Under the pieces are notes generated by a model. It did not search any database. It was not told where the DNA came from and worked only from the letters and a program-made list of their open reading frames with translations. From assembly GCF_000011805.1 (NCBI RefSeq), contig NC_006841.2: a stretch of 32,000 nt of DNA; one strand, 5' to 3'. Positions 1-10,709 of this stretch are shown here, piece by piece. This stretch comes from Aliivibrio fischeri ES114 (lineage in GTDB: Bacteria; Pseudomonadota; Gammaproteobacteria; Enterobacterales; Vibrionaceae). The position numbers were made by a program, and so were the translations under genes. The stretch's first letter is position 1, and each line of letters opens with the position of its first letter.

Positions 1-2725
1 TGCAACCGGTGTTGGTTGGGTGTATAGCTATGTATTACAAGATAAAACCGGTCAGCATGACCTTGCTGAACTGCGCAGTTTGCAAGATTGGTTTTTAAAA
101 TATGAATTACAAACGGTTGATGGGGTATCAGAAGTTGCTACGGTAGGCGGAATGGTAAAGCAATATCAGGTTGAAATTGATCCTGATAAGTTAAGAGCTT
201 ACAACTTAACCTTACAACAGGTTAATAAAGCCATTAAAGAGGGAAATCAAGAAACGGGAGCATCCGTTATTGAAGTGGCAGAAGCTGAACATATGGTACG
301 TACATCAGGTTACTTAAGTAGTGTTGAAGATATCCAATCTTTGCCACTAAAAGTAACAGATAAAGGTACGCCTCTGTTATTAGGTGATATTGCTGATATT
401 AATTTAGGCCCACAAATGCGCCGAGGGATCTCTGAGTTTAATGGAGAAGGGGAAGCCGTTGGTGGTGTGATTGTGATGCGATTTGGTGAGAACGCCAGCG
501 AAGTTATTGCTAACGTGAAAGAAAAGTTAGCTCAACTTCAAAAGGGCTTACCAGATGGTGTTGAAATAAAAGCCACTTATGATCGCTCAACATTAATCGA
601 TCACGCCGTGAAGAACCTTTGGGAGAAATTAGCAGAAGAGTTCATTGTTGTTGCTATTGTTTGTGCTCTGTTCTTATTCCACATACGGTCTTCATTGGTC
701 ATCGCATTAAGTTTACCCGTTGGGATCTTGAGTGCTTTTATTGTGATGCATTGGCAAGGTATTAACGCAAACATCATGTCCTTAGGTGGTATTGCGATAG
801 CCATAGGGGCGATGGTTGATGGTGCGATTGTAATGATTGAAAACGTACATAAGCATATAGAAAAAACACCATTAACCGATAAAAACCGTTGGCAAGTGAT
901 TGGTAAAGCGGCAGAAGAAGTCGGGCCTCCATTATTTTTCTCTTTACTTATCATAACGTTAAGCTTTGTTCCTGTATTTGCTCTTGAAGGGCAAGAAGGA
1001 AAAATGTTTTCTCCATTAGCTTTTACTAAAACCTTTGCGATGGCGGCATCTGCTGGCTTAGCTATTACGTTGGTACCCGTATTAATGGGCTATTTTGTGC
1101 GAGGAAAGATCTTACCTGAGCATAAGAACCCAATTAATAAAACACTGGTTTCATTATATCGACCGTTACTTAATGTGAGCTTGCGTTTCCCTAAAACGAT
1201 GTTACTTGTTGCTATGGTACTGATGGGCTCAGCTTATTACCCAATATCTAAGATGGGGAGTGAATTTATTCCTCCGTTAGATGAAGGGGATTTAATGTAT
1301 ATGCCAACGACGTATCCGGGCATCTCTATTGGTAAAGCGCGTGAATTATTACAGCAAACCAATAAGTTAATTAAAACGGTACCAGAGGTAGATACGGTCT
1401 GGGGGAAAATTGGTCGAGCAGAAACAGCGACCGATCCTGCACCATTAACGATGATCGAAACGGTGATTCAGTTCAAACCTAAAGATGAATGGCGTGACGG
1501 TGTCACAACTGAATCAATTAAAAACGAACTAGACCAATTGATTCAATTTCCTGGAATTACAAATGCATGGGTAATGCCGATTAAAACTCGTATCGATATG
1601 TTGGCGACTGGGATTAAAACACCAATAGGAATAAAAATAGCAGGGCCAGATCTTAATGTTATTGAAAAGATAGGGGCGGAGTTAGAACCGATTTTAAATA
1701 ACATCCAAGGAACGACTTCTGTTTACGCAGAGCGTGTTGCTGGTGGTCGCTATGTCACGATTGATATTAAACGCCGTCAAGCTGCTCGATATGGACTAAA
1801 TATTAAAGATATTCAGCAGGTTATATCAACAGCCGTTGGTGGAATGAATGTTGGTGAAACCATTGAGGGCCTAGAGCGTTATCCAATTAACGTTCGATAT
1901 CCGCAATCGTATCGAGACTCAGTCGTTAAATTACAAAACTTGCCTCTTATCACATCAAGTGGTGCTCGAATTGCTCTAGGTGACGTGGCGGAGATCCGTT
2001 ACGAAGATGGGCCACCAATGATCAAAACTGAAAATGCACGTCCTAATGGTTGGGTGTTTGTTGATATTGATGGGCGAGATCTTGGTTCATATGTTCATGA
2101 AGCTCAACAAGCCGTACATGAACAACTGGATCTTCCTGCTGGTTATTCTCTTGGATGGTCAGGGCAATATGAATATATGGAGCGTGCTAAAGCGCGTTTA
2201 ACCACTGTCGTCCCCATTACGATAGGCATCATTATGTTGCTTTTATATTTGAGTTTTAGACGATTTGGTGAGGTGTTAATTATCATGGGGACATTACCGT
2301 TAGCAATGGTTGGTGGTCTTTGGTTAATGCATTTGCTTAATTTTAACTTCTCGATAGCGGTGGGTGTTGGATTTATAGCATTAGCGGGTGTTGCTGTTGA
2401 AATCGGCGTGATCATGCTGGTTTATTTGAATCAGGCATGGCATGAAAAACAGATCACAGCGCAAGAGCAAAACAACGTATTAACTCAACAAGATTTAACT
2501 CATGCGATTGAAGATGGTGCTGGTTTACGTGTGCGTCCTGTGATGATGACGGTACTAACCGTGATTATCGGTTTAATCCCAATTATGTATGGCTCAGGTA
2601 CTGGTTCTGAAGTGATGCAACGAATAGCAGCTCCAATGATTGGAGGTATGGCGTCAGCTTTATTATTAACGCTACTTGTATTGCCCGCGGTATTTAAATT
2701 ATGGAAACAATCGCAGTGTAAATAA
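1..2725 (+). CDS. cusA: Heavy-metal (Cu/Ag) efflux RND inner-membrane pump, CusA/CzcA family; 5' end lies outside the window
   Basis: The reading frame of ORF 20..2725 is open to the window edge, so 901 aa are visible of a family that is about 1040 aa. From memory it is collinear with E. coli CusA, including DLMYMPTT, RIDMLATGIKTPIGIKI and GGMNVGETIEG (the segments carrying the CusA Met triad) and the C-terminal GSEVMQRIAAPMIGGM. A copper cupredoxin gene follows. Confidence 0.85.
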   Translation, partial: ATGVGWVYSYVLQDKTGQHDLAELRSLQDWFLKYELQTVDGVSEVATVGGMVKQYQVEIDPDKLRAYNLTLQQVNKAIKEGNQETGASVIEVAEAEHMVRTSGYLSSVEDIQSLPLKVTDKGTPLLLGDIADINLGPQMRRGISEFNGEGEAVGGVIVMRFGENASEVIANVKEKLAQLQKGLPDGVEIKATYDRSTLIDHAVKNLWEKLAEEFIVVAIVCALFLFHIRSSLVIALSLPVGILSAFIVMHWQGINANIMSLGGIAIAIGAMVDGAIVMIENVHKHIEKTPLTDKNRWQVIGKAAEEVGPPLFFSLLIITLSFVPVFALEGQEGKMFSPLAFTKTFAMAASAGLAITLVPVLMGYFVRGKILPEHKNPINKTLVSLYRPLLNVSLRFPKTMLLVAMVLMGSAYYPISKMGSEFIPPLDEGDLMYMPTTYPGISIGKARELLQQTNKLIKTVPEVDTVWGKIGRAETATDPAPLTMIETVIQFKPKDEWRDGVTTESIKNELDQLIQFPGITNAWVMPIKTRIDMLATGIKTPIGIKIAGPDLNVIEKIGAELEPILNNIQGTTSVYAERVAGGRYVTIDIKRRQAARYGLNIKDIQQVISTAVGGMNVGETIEGLERYPINVRYPQSYRDSVVKLQNLPLITSSGARIALGDVAEIRYEDGPPMIKTENARPNGWVFVDIDGRDLGSYVHEAQQAVHEQLDLPAGYSLGWSGQYEYMERAKARLTTVVPITIGIIMLLLYLSFRRFGEVLIIMGTLPLAMVGGLWLMHLLNFNFSIAVGVGFIALAGVAVEIGVIMLVYLNQAWHEKQITAQEQNNVLTQQDLTHAIEDGAGLRVRPVMMTVLTVIIGLIPIMYGSGTGSEVMQRIAAPMIGGMASALLLTLLVLPAVFKLWKQSQCK

Positions 2726-2822
2726 GGTTTATACCATTTTTATTGGTGATCAAACCTTTATTAATGGCTTACGAAATAGGTAGTAAGCCGTATCTTAGTT
2801 AAGAAATGAAAAGGAAAATAAT

Positions 2823-3329
2823 ATGAAAAAGACAGCATTAGCCATGGGATTAACGCTTGTTGCAAGTTCAGCAATGGCGGAGATGGACCACAGTAAAATG
2901 GATCATGGTTCGATGGATATGAGTAAGATGGACGGTATGTCGATGAAAGACATGAACGCGGTAGGAATGCCAGCGACAGGAATGAAGCCAGATAAAGTAG
3001 TACACGTGATTTTATCTGATGATATGAAGATCTCTTTTACAAAAGAAATGAATATAGAATCAAATGATGTTGTTCAATTCGTGATAATGAATACAGGTGT
3101 GATTGAGCATGAATTTGCGATTGGTAATGAAGCTGAGCAAATAGAACATCGTGAAATGATGAAGAAAATGCCTTCAGGTCATGCGCATGATAGCGGCAGT
3201 GCAGTAACTGTTCAGCCGGGTAAAGCAAAACAAATCACATGGCATTTTCATGGTGATAAGAATGTGGAATTTGCATGTAATATTCCAGGACACGCAGAAG
3301 CGGGTATGGTAAAGAAAATTACATTGTAA
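2823..3329 (+). CDS. Periplasmic Met/His-rich cupredoxin (type-1 copper site) copper-binding/resistance protein
   Basis: Has a signal peptide (MKKTALAMGLTLVASSAMA). A Met/His tract follows (MDHSKMDHGSMDMSKMDGMSMKDM). The C-terminus carries cupredoxin ligands: His in VIEHEF, then C-NIPG-H-AEAG-M. An AGGAAA-type RBS lies upstream, and the gene sits next to cusA. Confidence 0.75.
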   Translation: MKKTALAMGLTLVASSAMAEMDHSKMDHGSMDMSKMDGMSMKDMNAVGMPATGMKPDKVVHVILSDDMKISFTKEMNIESNDVVQFVIMNTGVIEHEFAIGNEAEQIEHREMMKKMPSGHAHDSGSAVTVQPGKAKQITWHFHGDKNVEFACNIPGHAEAGMVKKITL

Positions 3330-3360
3330 TACCAATGTAACCAACTAGATGATATGAAAA

Positions 3361-3394
3361 AGCGCTAAGGAGGGTGGCCTTAGCGCTTTCTTTC
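3361..3394. terminator. Bidirectional rho-independent terminator between the convergent cupredoxin and MCP genes
   Basis: Perfect 10-bp stem: agcgctaagg (3361-3370) pairs with ccttagcgct (3378-3387) around a 7-nt loop. It is flanked by an A-run upstream and ttctttc downstream, so a T-tract follows the stem on both strands. Confidence 0.8.
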
Positions 3395-3407
3395 ATTAAG
3401 AGAACAA

Positions 3408-5036
3408 CTATAATTTAAAGAATGACAGTTGTTGTTTCTGCTCTTCAGCTAATCGAGACAGTTCTGAACTTGCAATGGCACTTTGGCTGATGCCTGTGAC
3501 GTTTTGGTTCACTAATTCAGACATATTAACGACGTTACGGTTAATGTCTTGAGTTACTTGCGATTGTTCTTCTGCAGCCGTAGCAACTTGAGTGTTCATG
3601 TCGTTAATGGCATTGATTGATTCAGTAATACCAATTAATGCATCGCCTGCTTTTGCCGTTAGCTCTTTATTTAACTCCAGCATATCAAGGCTAGTTTGCA
3701 TACTTTCATTAGCCAAACCAGATTGTTCTTGAAGGGCTTCAATAATGGTTTGGATCTCTTGAGTTGAAGATTGCGTACGTGCAGCAAGTAAACGAACTTC
3801 ATCTGCTACCACAGCAAAACCACGACCAGATTCCCCAGCACGTGCCGCTTCGATTGCTGCGTTCAAAGCAAGTAGATTAGTCTGCTCTGAAACACTACGG
3901 ATCACTTCAATAACGTTATTAATTTGCTCTGATTGCTCTTTTAAACGATTTACAACAACTGCAGCATCCGTTAGTGCAACCGCCATTTTTTCACTTGCAT
4001 CAGTACTTTGAGTAAATACATCTAAACCAGCTTTAGCTAAATCACTGGTGTTTTGAGCGGTTTTATCTGCCGCTAATGCATTATCACTTACGTTGTTAGC
4101 GGTACTAGATAGCTCGTTTACAGCAGAAGCAACTTGTTCAATTTCACACAGTTCTTTTTGAGAGTTAAGCTCAGCTTCATTCATTACGGCTGCAAGTTCA
4201 GTCGATGCTGAAGCTACGCTTTGGTTGATGTTGTGAAGCTCTTCAATGGTTGCTTGAAGTTGAATAGCAGTGGTGTTGATGTCTTGGCTTAATTGAGCAA
4301 TTTCGTTCTCGCCATCAATATCAGTACGAACCGTTAAGTTACCTTCTGCTAATTTACGGATAACCAATTGAAGTTTTTGGATTGGGTGAACGATCAAGCC
4401 TGATAGCCACCAAGATGTGACTAATGAAATAACAAAAACAATAAGAACAGTGATAATTGCATTGTGTTGAACTTGCGTGTTTCTTTCTGTGCTTTTGTTT
4501 ATTTCATTGGTAGAGGTATCATTAATTTTTGCAGATAGCGTATTAATTGATTCCGCCATAATATTCCCTAACTTGCTGTATTGAGCAATTAGTGAATGGT
4601 AATCTTCGCCAGTTGTTATTCCTTGCTCTTTTTGTTCTTGAAAGTTAAGAATCTTTTTAGAGAAATCTAAATAGTCATGAACCGCTTTTTTAACTATTGC
4701 AGCGTCAGAGCTGAAGGTTTTATGAGCAGAGATTTCAATAAGAAGTTCGTTTAGGATCTTCTCATTTTGGCTTAAACTCTTTAAGAAATCGATTCTACGT
4801 TCGTGATCATAGATGGCATAAACAGCGCTGATACGCATTGGGTACATATGATCATCAATTTTTGCCAATTGATCTTTGTAGAAAATAAATGAAGTCGTAT
4901 TACTATTTAGAATATCTTGCTCTTTATCAAGGCTTACTGATGTATACCAAAGAGAAAAGAACAAAGCCAATGCTGTAAATAATACTGGCAGTAAAACTTG
5001 AACGCGAATAGACGTATTTTTAAGTGAAAATTGCAT
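3408..5036 (-). CDS. Methyl-accepting chemotaxis protein (two-TM periplasmic sensor, HAMP, signalling domain)
   Basis: Carries the conserved signalling hairpin [35 protein letters not shown] and a HAMP segment ([19 protein letters not shown]), with two hydrophobic spans. The track ORF begins at TTG 5042. ATG 5036 ([11 protein letters not shown]) matches the paralogue's start and has AGAGG 6 nt upstream, so I use 5036. Confidence 0.9.
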   Translation of the reverse strand: MQFSLKNTSIRVQVLLPVLFTALALFFSLWYTSVSLDKEQDILNSNTTSFIFYKDQLAKIDDHMYPMRISAVYAIYDHERRIDFLKSLSQNEKILNELLIEISAHKTFSSDAAIVKKAVHDYLDFSKKILNFQEQKEQGITTGEDYHSLIAQYSKLGNIMAESINTLSAKINDTSTNEINKSTERNTQVQHNAIITVLIVFVISLVTSWWLSGLIVHPIQKLQLVIRKLAEGNLTVRTDIDGENEIAQLSQDINTTAIQLQATIEELHNINQSVASASTELAAVMNEAELNSQKELCEIEQVASAVNELSSTANNVSDNALAADKTAQNTSDLAKAGLDVFTQSTDASEKMAVALTDAAVVVNRLKEQSEQINNVIEVIRSVSEQTNLLALNAAIEAARAGESGRGFAVVADEVRLLAARTQSSTQEIQTIIEALQEQSGLANESMQTSLDMLELNKELTAKAGDALIGITESINAINDMNTQVATAAEEQSQVTQDINRNVVNMSELVNQNVTGISQSAIASSELSRLAEEQKQQLSFFKL

Positions 5037-5088
5037 TTTCAACCTCTGTAATTCGAAAAAATATCGTTAGATATGTCTTATTGTTAGA

Positions 5089-5140
5089 ATTTTCTCGAAA
5101 TATAGACCTTTGTCACATTCTTGTCGATTGAAATTGTAAC
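5089..5140 (-). promoter_or_regulatory. Conserved 52-nt block upstream of the MCP gene (copy 1 of 2), probable shared promoter/operator
   Basis: attttctcgaaatatagacctttgtcacattcttgtcgattgaaattgtaac aligns without gaps to 6934..6985 upstream of the paralogue. My hand count is 44 of 52 identical. The surrounding intergenic DNA does not align. Confidence 0.5.
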
Positions 5141-5200
5141 TAAATGTGTATTTTCAATTGATCTAGATTAATTGAACGTAAATTCATTTTTTATAGATAC

Positions 5201-5232
5201 AAAAAAGCAGCAAGAGATTAACCTTGCTGCTT
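5201..5232 (-). terminator. Rho-independent terminator of the upstream MCP paralogue
   Basis: Stem aagcagcaag (5205-5214) pairs with cttgctgctt (5223-5232). On the minus strand it is followed by a T6 run (the complement of aaaaaa at 5201-5206). It lies 23 nt after the stop at 5255. Confidence 0.8.
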
Positions 5233-5254
5233 TAATTCGCTATGGATACTTACA

Positions 5255-6883
5255 TTACAACTTAAAGAATGATAACTGTTCTTTTTGTTGTTCAGCCAGC
5301 TTTGATAGTTCATTACTTGCACTTGCGCTTTGGCTGATGCCTGTAACATTCTGATTCACTAATTCAGACATGTTTACCACGTTGCGATTAATGTCTTGAG
5401 TTACTTGAGATTGTTCTTCAGCAGCTGTTGCAACTTGCGTATTCATATCATTGATCGATGCAATTGAATTGGTAATTTGAAGTAGGGCATCACCAGCTTT
5501 TGCTGTTAGCTCTTTATTTAATTCCAATTTATCTAAGCTTGACTCCATGCTTGCATTAGCAAGATTAGATTGCTCTTGAAGTGATTCAATAATCGTTTGA
5601 ATTTCTTGGGTTGAATCTTGCGTACGAGCTGCAAGCATACGAACTTCATCAGCAACAACCGCAAAACCTCGACCAGATTCACCAGCACGAGCAGCTTCAA
5701 TTGCCGCATTCAATGCGAGTAGGTTAGTTTGATCAGACACGCCACGAATAACTTCAACGACATTGTTTATCTGCTCAGACTGTTCTTTCAGGCGATTAAC
5801 GACCACTGCCGCGTCTGTTAGCGCTGAACCCATTTCTTCACTTGCTTTATTACTTTGAGTAAAGATATCTAATCCATTATGAGCCAATTCATTTGTTTCA
5901 CGTGCGGTTTTATCTGCCGCTAATGCATTGTCACTCACGTTATTAGCTGTACTTGATAGTTCATTAACAGCAGAAGCGACTTGTTCGATTTCACTTAGTT
6001 CTTGTTGTGAGTTGTTTTCCGCTTCAGTCATTACAGCTGCTAGTTCTGTTGAGGCTGCTGCAACATCTTCACTTATGCGTGATAATGCTTCTACTGTGGT
6101 TTGTAGTTGAGATGCTGTGGTATTAATGTCTTTGCTTAATGTTGCAATCTCATTATCACCATCGGCATTAGCTCGTACCGTTAAATCACCTTCAGCTAAG
6201 CGACGGATAATTAATTGAATTTGTTGAATTGGATTAACAATTAAGCCTGAAAGCCACCATGCAGTGATCATCGAAATAATAAAGACAGCTAAAATAGTTA
6301 GACCTGCTGTGGTTTTAACTTGAGTGTTTTTCTCATAGCTTTCTTTCATTGCAATATCAGAAAACTCATTCACACGTTGAGAAAGAGCATTGATAGAAGA
6401 AACCATGCTATTACCAATATTACGATATTGCGAGATAAGCGCATCGTAACTTTGAGAAACGGCCTGACCACTTTCTTTTTTATTTAGATATTCAATAACC
6501 TTATGGGAAAACTGAACGTAGTTATTGATATTAGTACGAACTAGATTAACTTCCTTAGCGAATGTTTTTCTTGCTTCTAGTTCATCCAATAATACATTGA
6601 TATCATCTACTTTATTTCGTAATTCATTCGTGAAGTTTGCACGACGATCCGTATCATAAATGGCATAAACAGCACTGATACGTAGGGGATAGACTTCATC
6701 ATCAACTTTTGCAAGTTGGTCTTTATAGAAGACGAAAGAATCAGTATTGCTAGCAATAATATCTTGTTCTTCCTCAAGTGTAGAGGCGGTGAAACCTAAA
6801 GAAATGAACAGAGCTAGTGCGGTGAGTACAACGGGTAGTAAAACTTGAATACGTATAGACGTATTTTTTAATGAAAATTGCAT
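5255..6883 (-). CDS. Methyl-accepting chemotaxis protein, tandem paralogue of 3408..5036
   Basis: 542 aa with the same architecture as its neighbour. The C-terminal roughly 290 aa are nearly identical to the neighbour at protein level, while the periplasmic region (about aa 85-190) is diverged. ATG start with AAGAGG RBS. Confidence 0.9.
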   Translation of the reverse strand: MQFSLKNTSIRIQVLLPVVLTALALFISLGFTASTLEEEQDIIASNTDSFVFYKDQLAKVDDEVYPLRISAVYAIYDTDRRANFTNELRNKVDDINVLLDELEARKTFAKEVNLVRTNINNYVQFSHKVIEYLNKKESGQAVSQSYDALISQYRNIGNSMVSSINALSQRVNEFSDIAMKESYEKNTQVKTTAGLTILAVFIISMITAWWLSGLIVNPIQQIQLIIRRLAEGDLTVRANADGDNEIATLSKDINTTASQLQTTVEALSRISEDVAAASTELAAVMTEAENNSQQELSEIEQVASAVNELSSTANNVSDNALAADKTARETNELAHNGLDIFTQSNKASEEMGSALTDAAVVVNRLKEQSEQINNVVEVIRGVSDQTNLLALNAAIEAARAGESGRGFAVVADEVRMLAARTQDSTQEIQTIIESLQEQSNLANASMESSLDKLELNKELTAKAGDALLQITNSIASINDMNTQVATAAEEQSQVTQDINRNVVNMSELVNQNVTGISQSASASNELSKLAEQQKEQLSFFKL

Positions 6884-6933
6884 TAAAGCCTCTTAAATTT
6901 GAGAAAATGATTGTAAATTTACATTTATTTTGC

Positions 6934-6985
6934 ATTTTCTCGAATTTTAGACTTTTGTCACACTTTTGTCGATGGCAAATGTAAC
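6934..6985 (-). promoter_or_regulatory. Conserved 52-nt block upstream of the MCP gene (copy 2 of 2)
   Basis: attttctcgaattttagacttttgtcacacttttgtcgatggcaaatgtaac is the partner of 5089..5140. It sits at a similar distance from its start codon. Confidence 0.5.
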
Positions 6986-7066
6986 AATTTATGGGCTTTT
7001 TTGTCTTTAGGTTAGCTTTTACTGGTTAACCTGCTGTTTAAATAAGAGTTCTTTATTTATATTTAT

Positions 7067-7312
7067 TTAGCTTTCCGCCATTTCAATTTCATATATTTCA
7101 TCAGCAATATCTTGAGTTTTACGTTCAATAATAGCTTGAGCATCGGCTAATCCCTGATTATAAAAGACAGGTCCTGTTTGCTTAATAATGAAATCTAATA
7201 AGAACTCCCCATCAAATTGACCTAATTCATGATCAAGTTCTTGTTCAAAATAGCGCTGAAATTGTTGGATTAATTCGTCACGTTTGTTCTTAGGAATATC
7301 AATCGTTGGCAT
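7067..7312 (-). CDS. Small DUF2164-like conserved hypothetical protein (81 aa)
   Basis: Intact ORF, acidic and helical. Its size and the FDGEFLLDF..YNQGL pattern recall the DUF2164 family. This is a memory-based assignment. Confidence 0.55.
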   Translation of the reverse strand: MPTIDIPKNKRDELIQQFQRYFEQELDHELGQFDGEFLLDFIIKQTGPVFYNQGLADAQAIIERKTQDIADEIYEIEMAES

Positions 7313-7382
7313 TGTACTTCCTTGATTTATTGAATGTATTGATATTGTACTGATAAAAAATGAAGACTCAAATTGGGAAAGA

Positions 7383-7416
7383 ATACCCTTAGAGATAGTA
7401 TTATCTCCAAGGGTAT
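7383..7416 (-). terminator. Hairpin terminator downstream of hutH
   Basis: ataccCttagagata (7383-7397) pairs with ttatctccaagggtat (7401-7416) with one mismatch and a 3-nt loop. It starts 7 nt after the hutH stop and has T-rich flanks. Confidence 0.6.
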
Positions 7417-7422
7417 GAGTTT

Positions 7423-8955
7423 TTATATACTAGGAAGTAAGGTATCGGGCATTAAATGATTATATACGGCTTCTTTTAATAACGAGTTGGCTTTTGCGAT
7501 ATCTGGTGCGAAGTAACGATCTTTATCATAAAAATCAACACGTTCACGTAGCAGTTCTTTTGCTTTTTCTATTCTATTTGAGCTTTTGTTTGGCGCTCTA
7601 AAATCGAGACCTTGAGCTGCGGCTAATAGTTCAACGGCCAAAATACCACGTGTGTTTTCTGCCATATCGCCTAATCGACGTCCTGCAAATGTCGCCATAG
7701 AGACATGATCTTCTTGGTTTGCTGAAGTTGGTAAACTATCAATTGAGGCGGGGTGTGCTAGCGTCTTGTTTTCACTAGCTAATGCTGCAGCGGTTACTTG
7801 TGCAATCATAAAGCCAGAATTTACACCACCATTATCCACCAAAAATGGAGGTAATTTGCTTAATCCACTGTCAATTAAAAGCGCCATTCTACGCTCTGAT
7901 AAACTGCCTATTTCTGAAATGGCTAAAGCAAGATTATCTGCGGCCATGGCGACTGGCTCTGCATGGAAATTACCACCAGAAATAATGTCGCCATCATCCG
8001 CAAAGACAAGCGGATTGTCAGAGACTGAATTGGCTTCAATCTCTAATATATCAGCAGAGTTTCGGATCTGCTGTAAACATGCTCCCATTACCTGTGGTTG
8101 GCATCGAAGTGAATAGGGATCTTGTACTCGTTCACAACATTGGTGAGACAGGCCTATGTCACTGCTTTGAGCTAAAAGGTGTCGATAAGCAAGTGCGGCA
8201 TCCATTTGGCTGCGATGACCACGCACACGATGAATTCGTGGATCAAATGGTTTACGACTACCAAGAGCGGCTTCTACAGACATGGCACCACAAACAGTGG
8301 CTGAAGCGTAAAGGTCTTCAGCCGCAAATAAACCTTCAAGTGCAAATGCTGTAGAGGCTTGGGTGCCATTAAGTAGGGCTAGTCCTTCTTTTGGTGCCAG
8401 TGTTATTGGAGTTAACCCAGCTATTTCTAATGCTGTTTTTCCTGTGATTACTTCACCTCGATAGCGAGCCTCACCTTCTCCTAATAGAACGGTACTCATG
8501 TGAGCTAATGGGGCAAGATCCCCAGAAGCCCCAACAGACCCTTTTTTGGGGATGCACGGATAGACTTCTGAATTGACTAATTGTATTAAAGCGTCAATAA
8601 CTAAAGGGCGAATACCTGAATAACCTCTAGCAAGACTATTTATTTTGAGTACCATCATCAAGCGAACAGTCGCATCATCCATAAACTCACCAATACCAGC
8701 TGCATGAGAAAGTACAATACTTCGCTGTAGTGTTTCTAAATCTTTTTCAGCAATACGCGTATTAGCGAGTAAACCAAACCCTGTATTAATACCGTAAACG
8801 GTTTTACCTTCTTCTATGACTTGAGCGACAACATCTGCACTGATGAGCATATCAGGCAGAGCGTTAGGGTCTAACGACAATTTTGTAGGGTGACGGCTAA
8901 CTTCACGTAATTGTTTTAGTGATAATTTACCTGGAATAATTTCTAATGAATACAT
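7423..8955 (-). CDS. hutH: Histidine ammonia-lyase
   Basis: 510 aa. The MIO-forming Ala-Ser-Gly lies in [14 protein letters not shown]. The gene is full length and sits in a hut cluster. Confidence 0.95.
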   Translation of the reverse strand: MYSLEIIPGKLSLKQLREVSRHPTKLSLDPNALPDMLISADVVAQVIEEGKTVYGINTGFGLLANTRIAEKDLETLQRSIVLSHAAGIGEFMDDATVRLMMVLKINSLARGYSGIRPLVIDALIQLVNSEVYPCIPKKGSVGASGDLAPLAHMSTVLLGEGEARYRGEVITGKTALEIAGLTPITLAPKEGLALLNGTQASTAFALEGLFAAEDLYASATVCGAMSVEAALGSRKPFDPRIHRVRGHRSQMDAALAYRHLLAQSSDIGLSHQCCERVQDPYSLRCQPQVMGACLQQIRNSADILEIEANSVSDNPLVFADDGDIISGGNFHAEPVAMAADNLALAISEIGSLSERRMALLIDSGLSKLPPFLVDNGGVNSGFMIAQVTAAALASENKTLAHPASIDSLPTSANQEDHVSMATFAGRRLGDMAENTRGILAVELLAAAQGLDFRAPNKSSNRIEKAKELLRERVDFYDKDRYFAPDIAKANSLLKEAVYNHLMPDTLLPSI

Positions 8956-8996
8956 AGTTTTCTTCTCATTATAGTTTTATTTTTATTAGTATTAAT

Positions 8997-10691
8997 TTAT
9001 TTGTTAGGTATGGATAACATAGGTAAATCTAGGTTTTGTTCTTTTGCACAATTGATCGCTATATCATAACCCGCATCAGCATGTCGCATTACGCCCGTTG
9101 CTGGGTCATTATGTAATACTCGACTGACACGTTCAGTTGCCTCATCAGTTCCATCACATACGATGACCATACCTGAATGTTGTGAGAAACCCATGCCGAC
9201 GCCTCCACCATGGTGTAAGGATACCCACGTTGCTCCTGAGGCGGTATTGAGTAGGGCGTTTAATAGCGGCCAGTCAGACACGGCATCTGAACCATCCATC
9301 ATGTCTTCGGTCTCACGGTTTGGGCTGGCGACAGAGCCGGAGTCAAGATGATCACGACCAATGACGATAGGAGCTTTTAACTCTCCATTTTTTACCATCT
9401 CATTGAATGCTTTACCGAGACGAGCACGATCTTTTAGTCCAACCCAGCAGATACGTGCAGGTAACCCTTGAAATTGAATGCGTTCACGTGCCATGTCTAA
9501 CCAATTGTGAAGGTGTGGATTATCAGGGATCAGTTCTTTTACTTTTTGGTCGGTTTTGTAAATATCTTCAGGATCACCAGATAGAGCTGCCCAGCGAAAT
9601 GGTCCTATACCTTCACAAAATAGAGGACGAATATAAGCTGGAACGAATCCAGGGAAATCAAAGGCATTAGTGATGCCTTCTTCAAAAGCCATTTGTCGAA
9701 TATTGTTGCCATAATCTACCGTTGCTGAGCCTGATTTTTGAAGAGATAGCATTGCCTCTACTTGAACAGCCATTGATTGTTTTGCTGCATTCACTACATT
9801 GATTTCATCTTTTAAGCGCATTTTTGCTGCGCCATCCATTGACCATCCTTGAGGTAAATAACCATTAAGAGGGTCGTGAGCAGATGTTTGGTCAGTAGTA
9901 ATGTCAGGAACAATTCCACGTTTTACAATTTCAGCATAGACATCAGCAGCATTACCTAATAAACCAACAGAAATAGGAGAGCTAGAACGTTTTGCTTCTT
10001 CAATGATAGAGAGGGCTTCACTGAGTGTTGTCGCTTTACGGTCTACATAGCCTGTACGGAGACGGTAATCGATACGAGATTCATCACACTCAACCGCTAG
10101 CATTGAGAAGCCAGCCATGGTTGCAGCAAGAGGTTGAGCACCTCCCATACCGCCAAGCCCACCAGTTAGGATCCAGCGACCTTGTGTATCACCATTAAAA
10201 TGCTGCTTTGCCATTGCAATAAAAGTTTCGTAAGTTCCTTGAACAATACCTTGTGACCCAATGTAGATCCAACTGCCAGCCGTCATTTGACCGTACATCA
10301 TCAAACCTTGCTTATCGAGTTCATTAAAATGTGCCCAATTAGCCCAATGAGGGACTAAATTGGAATTAGCGATTAATACTCGTGGTGCGTTAGTGTGAGT
10401 TTTAAATACTCCAACGGGTTTACCTGATTGCACCATTAAGGTTTCATCATCTTCTAGACGAGTTAACACTTCGATGATTTTATCGTAGCATTGCCAGTTT
10501 CGTGCAGCACGACCAATACCGCCATAAACGACCAAAGCGTGGGGATGTTCTGCGACGTCAGGATGTAAATTATTCATGAGCATTCGAAGTGGGGCTTCTG
10601 TTAACCATGATTTAGCCGTTAACTCGATTCCTGTCGGTGCAATGATAGTACGAGACTCATCCAGTCTAGGGTTAGATGATGTTTGTGTCAT
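8997..10691 (-). CDS. hutU: Urocanate hydratase
   Basis: 564 aa with the NAD-binding segment [29 protein letters not shown] upstream. Flanked by hutH and hutG. Confidence 0.95.
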   Translation of the reverse strand: MTQTSSNPRLDESRTIIAPTGIELTAKSWLTEAPLRMLMNNLHPDVAEHPHALVVYGGIGRAARNWQCYDKIIEVLTRLEDDETLMVQSGKPVGVFKTHTNAPRVLIANSNLVPHWANWAHFNELDKQGLMMYGQMTAGSWIYIGSQGIVQGTYETFIAMAKQHFNGDTQGRWILTGGLGGMGGAQPLAATMAGFSMLAVECDESRIDYRLRTGYVDRKATTLSEALSIIEEAKRSSSPISVGLLGNAADVYAEIVKRGIVPDITTDQTSAHDPLNGYLPQGWSMDGAAKMRLKDEINVVNAAKQSMAVQVEAMLSLQKSGSATVDYGNNIRQMAFEEGITNAFDFPGFVPAYIRPLFCEGIGPFRWAALSGDPEDIYKTDQKVKELIPDNPHLHNWLDMARERIQFQGLPARICWVGLKDRARLGKAFNEMVKNGELKAPIVIGRDHLDSGSVASPNRETEDMMDGSDAVSDWPLLNALLNTASGATWVSLHHGGGVGMGFSQHSGMVIVCDGTDEATERVSRVLHNDPATGVMRHADAGYDIAINCAKEQNLDLPMLSIPNK

Positions 10692-10709
10692 TATTGCTTC
10701 TCCTTGCTA

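Noticed and set aside
2766-2789. 7-bp hairpin ggcttac/gtaagcc after cusA
   Set aside because: It has a 10-nt loop and no trailing T-run. It lies in the leader of the next co-oriented gene, so it is not convincing as a terminator.
601-3228. Short minus-strand ORFs 601..954, 2143..2415 and 3037..3228
   Set aside because: They lie wholly antisense inside the well-supported cusA and cupredoxin genes. Their composition is low-complexity, and they have no RBS or family resemblance.
5089-5140. Sigma-28 (FliA) promoter inside the conserved MCP leader block
   Set aside because: The CAAAG and CGAGAAAA elements are only about 10 nt apart. The TAAAG-N15-GCCGATAA consensus requires about 15 nt, and the -10 match is poor.
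5172-6110. Plus-strand ORFs 5172..5354 and 5928..6110
   Set aside because: They are antisense shadows of the MCP gene and its terminator region. Their Ser/Ala/Leu-rich translations are typical of the reverse frame of MCP coiled coils.
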